A program made the position numbers and the translations under genes. 55,637 bases of DNA from contig JAPLVK010000023.1 of NCBI GenBank assembly GCA_026397175.1, positions 1 through 55,637 on the forward strand, written 5' to 3'. The stretch is from Candidatus Berkelbacteria bacterium. Its GTDB lineage: Bacteria; Patescibacteriota; UBA1384; DTJR01. Within the stretch, counting starts at the first letter, position 1. Every line of letters starts with the position of its first letter. The notes below the pieces were generated by a model. The model ran no database searches. It was not told the origin of the DNA and saw only the letters and a list, made by a program, of their open reading frames with translations. This document shows, piece by piece, positions 53,009-55,637 of the stretch.

Positions 53009-53928
53009 TGAAATCAAAATATTCATTGTTGTTTGTTGTCTTGTTTGCCTGTGTCTTGTTCTTCTCAACAACAGTTTATGCCCATCCTGGAAGGACTGAC
53101 GCTAATGGATGCCACACCTGTAAGACAAACTGTACCGAGAAGTATGGTTTGCAGTATGGCGAATACCATTGCCATAACAGTGGCTCAACCAGTTCTGACT
53201 CTTCGGGTTCTGGTAGTTCTGAAACAAAAAGCACGCCTAAGACAACCCCTAAGCCCTCTACTCCTACACCCGCTTCTACGCCAACGCCAGAAAAGGTAAA
53301 GACCTCAAAACTTATAAATAAGCTTGCAAAAGATAAAGGTGCGAATAAAGATGTAATTCTTGCTGACCTTGTTCTCAAAGAGATTAATAATAGCAAGACA
53401 TCTCAAACAACAAAGACTCTAGATACTTCAAAGCCAAGTTATTCCGAACCAAAATCAGAGAAGCAAAATGGTTCAGATGTGAAGTTCTATAGTGTTATTT
53501 CTGTTACTGATGGTGACACAATCAATGTTAATATTGATGGCAAAAAAGAGAAGGTAAGGTTATTGGCAATTGATACTCCAGAGACTAAAGATCCAAGAAA
53601 AGCGGTTCAATGTTTTGGAGATAAAGCATCCCAGAAAATGCAGGAACTGGTCAGTGGTAAATACATTAAACTTGAGAAGGATACAACACAACCAGACAGA
53701 GATAAATATGGTAGGTTGCTTCGCTATATCTACTTAGAAGATGGAACTAATGTAAACGCTGAAATGGTAAAGCAGGGTTTTGCTTTCGCTTATACAAATT
53801 ATCCAACTGCTCAATTAGATGCTATGAGAAATTTTGAGAAAAGTGCCAGGGAAAGTAATCAGGGTTTGTGGGGCTCTTGTACAATAGGTCAGAATGGTTC
53901 CTACAGAAGCACAAATCCAGTTAATTAG
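53008..53928 (+). CDS. Secreted YHYH-motif / staphylococcal-nuclease (thermonuclease) fusion protein
   Basis: Signal peptide. HPGRTDANGCHTC...YGEYHCH. Ser/Thr/Pro linker. VTDGDTINV...VRLLAIDTPET...GRLLRYIY...NAEMVKQGFA. Confidence 0.8.
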   Translation: MKSKYSLLFVVLFACVLFFSTTVYAHPGRTDANGCHTCKTNCTEKYGLQYGEYHCHNSGSTSSDSSGSGSSETKSTPKTTPKPSTPTPASTPTPEKVKTSKLINKLAKDKGANKDVILADLVLKEINNSKTSQTTKTLDTSKPSYSEPKSEKQNGSDVKFYSVISVTDGDTINVNIDGKKEKVRLLAIDTPETKDPRKAVQCFGDKASQKMQELVSGKYIKLEKDTTQPDRDKYGRLLRYIYLEDGTNVNAEMVKQGFAFAYTNYPTAQLDAMRNFEKSARESNQGLWGSCTIGQNGSYRSTNPVN

Positions 53929-53944
53929 GTATAATTAATGCAAT

Positions 53945-54685
53945 ATGAAACAAAAAGGGACTAATATGAAAAATAAAAAGAGCAAAGTTCTCTTGGTAGT
54001 GGTTTCTGCGGTTGCGGTTCTTATTTTAATGGGAGCAATAGTGCTATTCTTTTTCCCTATTTATTCAATTTCGGGAAAGCTTATTGATTCAGATACAAAC
54101 AAATCAATGGAGGGAATTGAGATGTCGCTAGGTATGAGAAAAGTTAAGACATCAAACCAAGGAGATTTTACAGTTAAGAATATTGGCAAAAATAATCCTT
54201 TAATAGCTAATCTTCCTAAAGAATATGAAAAATCTGAGACTAAAATTGATTACAATTTGTCTAAAAAATCAGGGCTATTTGTTAAAAAAGTATCCATTGA
54301 TGCAAAAGCAAACCCAAATCAAGAAGAGAGAATAAAGAGAGTAAGGACAGCAGTTGAGGAGCTAATGAATGATACTAAATTTGGCAAATCTGATGCTGAA
54401 TATGACGCTCTACACCCAGATTGCCAAAAAACAATCTCCAAGGAAGATTTTATAAAGCAAAGAAAGGATGATACCTCTGGACTATCAATGACTGATTTTA
54501 AAATAGGAAATATTAAATTTCTTGATTCTTGGAAATTTGATAAGACAGGCGTTGAGTATAAAAATGTGGCGGAAGCAGAAACAACATACACTTTACAGCT
54601 ATTGGGTATGACGCAACCATTAAACAAGTTAACCCACTATGTGAATGTAGATGGAAAGTGGAGATGTTTCTGGTCTAAGGACTAA
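53945..54685 (+). CDS. Membrane-anchored hypothetical protein
   Basis: 246 aa with an N-terminal TM segment. Confidence 0.6.
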   Translation: MKQKGTNMKNKKSKVLLVVVSAVAVLILMGAIVLFFFPIYSISGKLIDSDTNKSMEGIEMSLGMRKVKTSNQGDFTVKNIGKNNPLIANLPKEYEKSETKIDYNLSKKSGLFVKKVSIDAKANPNQEERIKRVRTAVEELMNDTKFGKSDAEYDALHPDCQKTISKEDFIKQRKDDTSGLSMTDFKIGNIKFLDSWKFDKTGVEYKNVAEAETTYTLQLLGMTQPLNKLTHYVNVDGKWRCFWSKD

Positions 54686-54739
54686 TTATTGTCAGTGATA
54701 GAATATCTTGGTAACTCTTTACTGTAAAATGAGATTATT

Positions 54740-55637
54740 ATGGCGAATAAAGTTGGTAGAAATGACCCATGTTCTTGCGGAAGCGGCAAAAAATATAAAA
54801 AGTGTTGCATGAATATTGTGAAGCATGAAATATTACATACTTTAGTAAAAACCTCCGATTTGGGGTCTGCCGATCCCTTTATAGCGAGGATGTATATGCA
54901 GATTTTTGAAATCAGAGATTTAATATTTCCGACAGATAAAGACCGAAGAGAATTTGATGAATATTACACTCCCGTCCTTCAAAATTTAATGGAGGCAAGA
55001 TTAGTAAAAGATAGGTGTGTTGAGCTAGTTAATAAACATAGGCAAGATCTCAAAAGCGGAAAGGTTACAAGGGTTGAAAACAAAACCTTGACTGTTATGG
55101 AATCTATAGATGACAATTTGAACATCTGGTTTAAAGATTTTTTTATTAGGGGATATATTGCCAATCAGAATATCATCAGGCTAGCAAAATTTATTGGCTT
55201 CAAGATCTCTTTTATTTTCAAAAATGATCAAGATTTTGATGAAGAAAGTAAAAAGTTTCTCAAGAACAATCCTAATGGTGGAATGAAATTTTTAGTAGAT
55301 ATGGTGAGTAAAGATAGAAAAGAATGGTTCTCTCAGTTTGTTGAAATTCGGACTAAGATTGAGCATTCTGGTTTTCAAGTGCCATGTTTACAATATCGCA
55401 TCAATGAGAAAAGTGAACCAATAGCGCTGGAACCGACTTTCGGCGAAATGGATATTGAATCTTATATTGATTTAATGTGGAATAATCTTTTTCCATTCTG
55501 CGAAGATGTAATAGTCTTTCTATTGTCCTCAAAGCTACCTGAAGAATTTGCAGTTAAACATATACCTGTATCAGCTAGGGAAAAAAGTAAACCGATCAGG
55601 TATGTTGTAGTCCCAAAATCAGACATACCACCAGAAG
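54740..55637 (+). CDS. SEC-C-motif protein, 3' end beyond the window (not in the ORF track)
   Basis: ATG at 54740 gives [24 protein letters not shown] read the frame through to nt 55637 without finding a stop. Confidence 0.7.
   Translation, partial: MANKVGRNDPCSCGSGKKYKKCCMNIVKHEILHTLVKTSDLGSADPFIARMYMQIFEIRDLIFPTDKDRREFDEYYTPVLQNLMEARLVKDRCVELVNKHRQDLKSGKVTRVENKTLTVMESIDDNLNIWFKDFFIRGYIANQNIIRLAKFIGFKISFIFKNDQDFDEESKKFLKNNPNGGMKFLVDMVSKDRKEWFSQFVEIRTKIEHSGFQVPCLQYRINEKSEPIALEPTFGEMDIESYIDLMWNNLFPFCEDVIVFLLSSKLPEEFAVKHIPVSAREKSKPIRYVVVPKSDIPPE

Larger units (their letters stand above)
47034..55637. mobile_element. Integrated element (plasmid- or phage-like island) abutting tRNA-Lys; extends past the window end
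   Basis: Composition drops at the tRNA 3' end. Serine integrase, lambda-O-like Rep with iterons, a DUF5659-like gene, and nuclease/SHOCT/SEC-C cargo. The right boundary is not in the window. Confidence 0.7.

Overview
Mosaic 55.6-kb chromosomal segment. By inference it comes from a small-genome, AT-biased bacterium of the Patescibacteria/CPR type. The clues are L19 and L27 with long low-complexity tails, an intein-split DnaB, a DUF5659-like gene, HicAB and HepT/MntA cargo, and pervasive AT-rich palindromic word repeats. Housekeeping genes recognised: rplS, rpmA, dnaE, a class-I Clp ATPase, aroE, dnaX, dnaB (LAGLIDADG intein), murJ, lepA, deoC, a ZIP transporter, tRNA-Ser(GCU) and tRNA-Lys(UUU). 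At least eleven visibly GC-rich islands are interleaved with this backbone. Most are self-contained transcription units with a near-consensus sigma70-type promoter, usually a strong SD, and an intrinsic terminator. Two islands have no protein-like ORF and are dense with hairpins (8762-9621, about 860 nt; 16717-17282, about 566 nt). They are the best candidates for novel large structured RNAs. Other islands carry a CofE-like / archaeal-type SAM-synthetase-like / HprK-like operon, a three-gene hypothetical operon, a CodA-like amidohydrolase, a pseudo-receiver and several small secreted or unknown proteins. Three loci show insertions that duplicate a gene terminus: the lepA 5' end, the 3' end of a discoidin-domain gene (three copies, with TA cassettes between them), and a tRNA-Ser fragment. 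An intergenic-type repeat is also inserted in frame inside lepA. From tRNA-Lys (47001) to the window end lies a lower-GC integrated element. It carries a large serine recombinase, a serine-less resolvase paralogue, a lambda-O-like replication protein, an 11-bp iteron array and accessory cargo. No CRISPR array, rRNA or reverse transcriptase was seen. All functional calls come from reading motifs by eye; no database search was possible.
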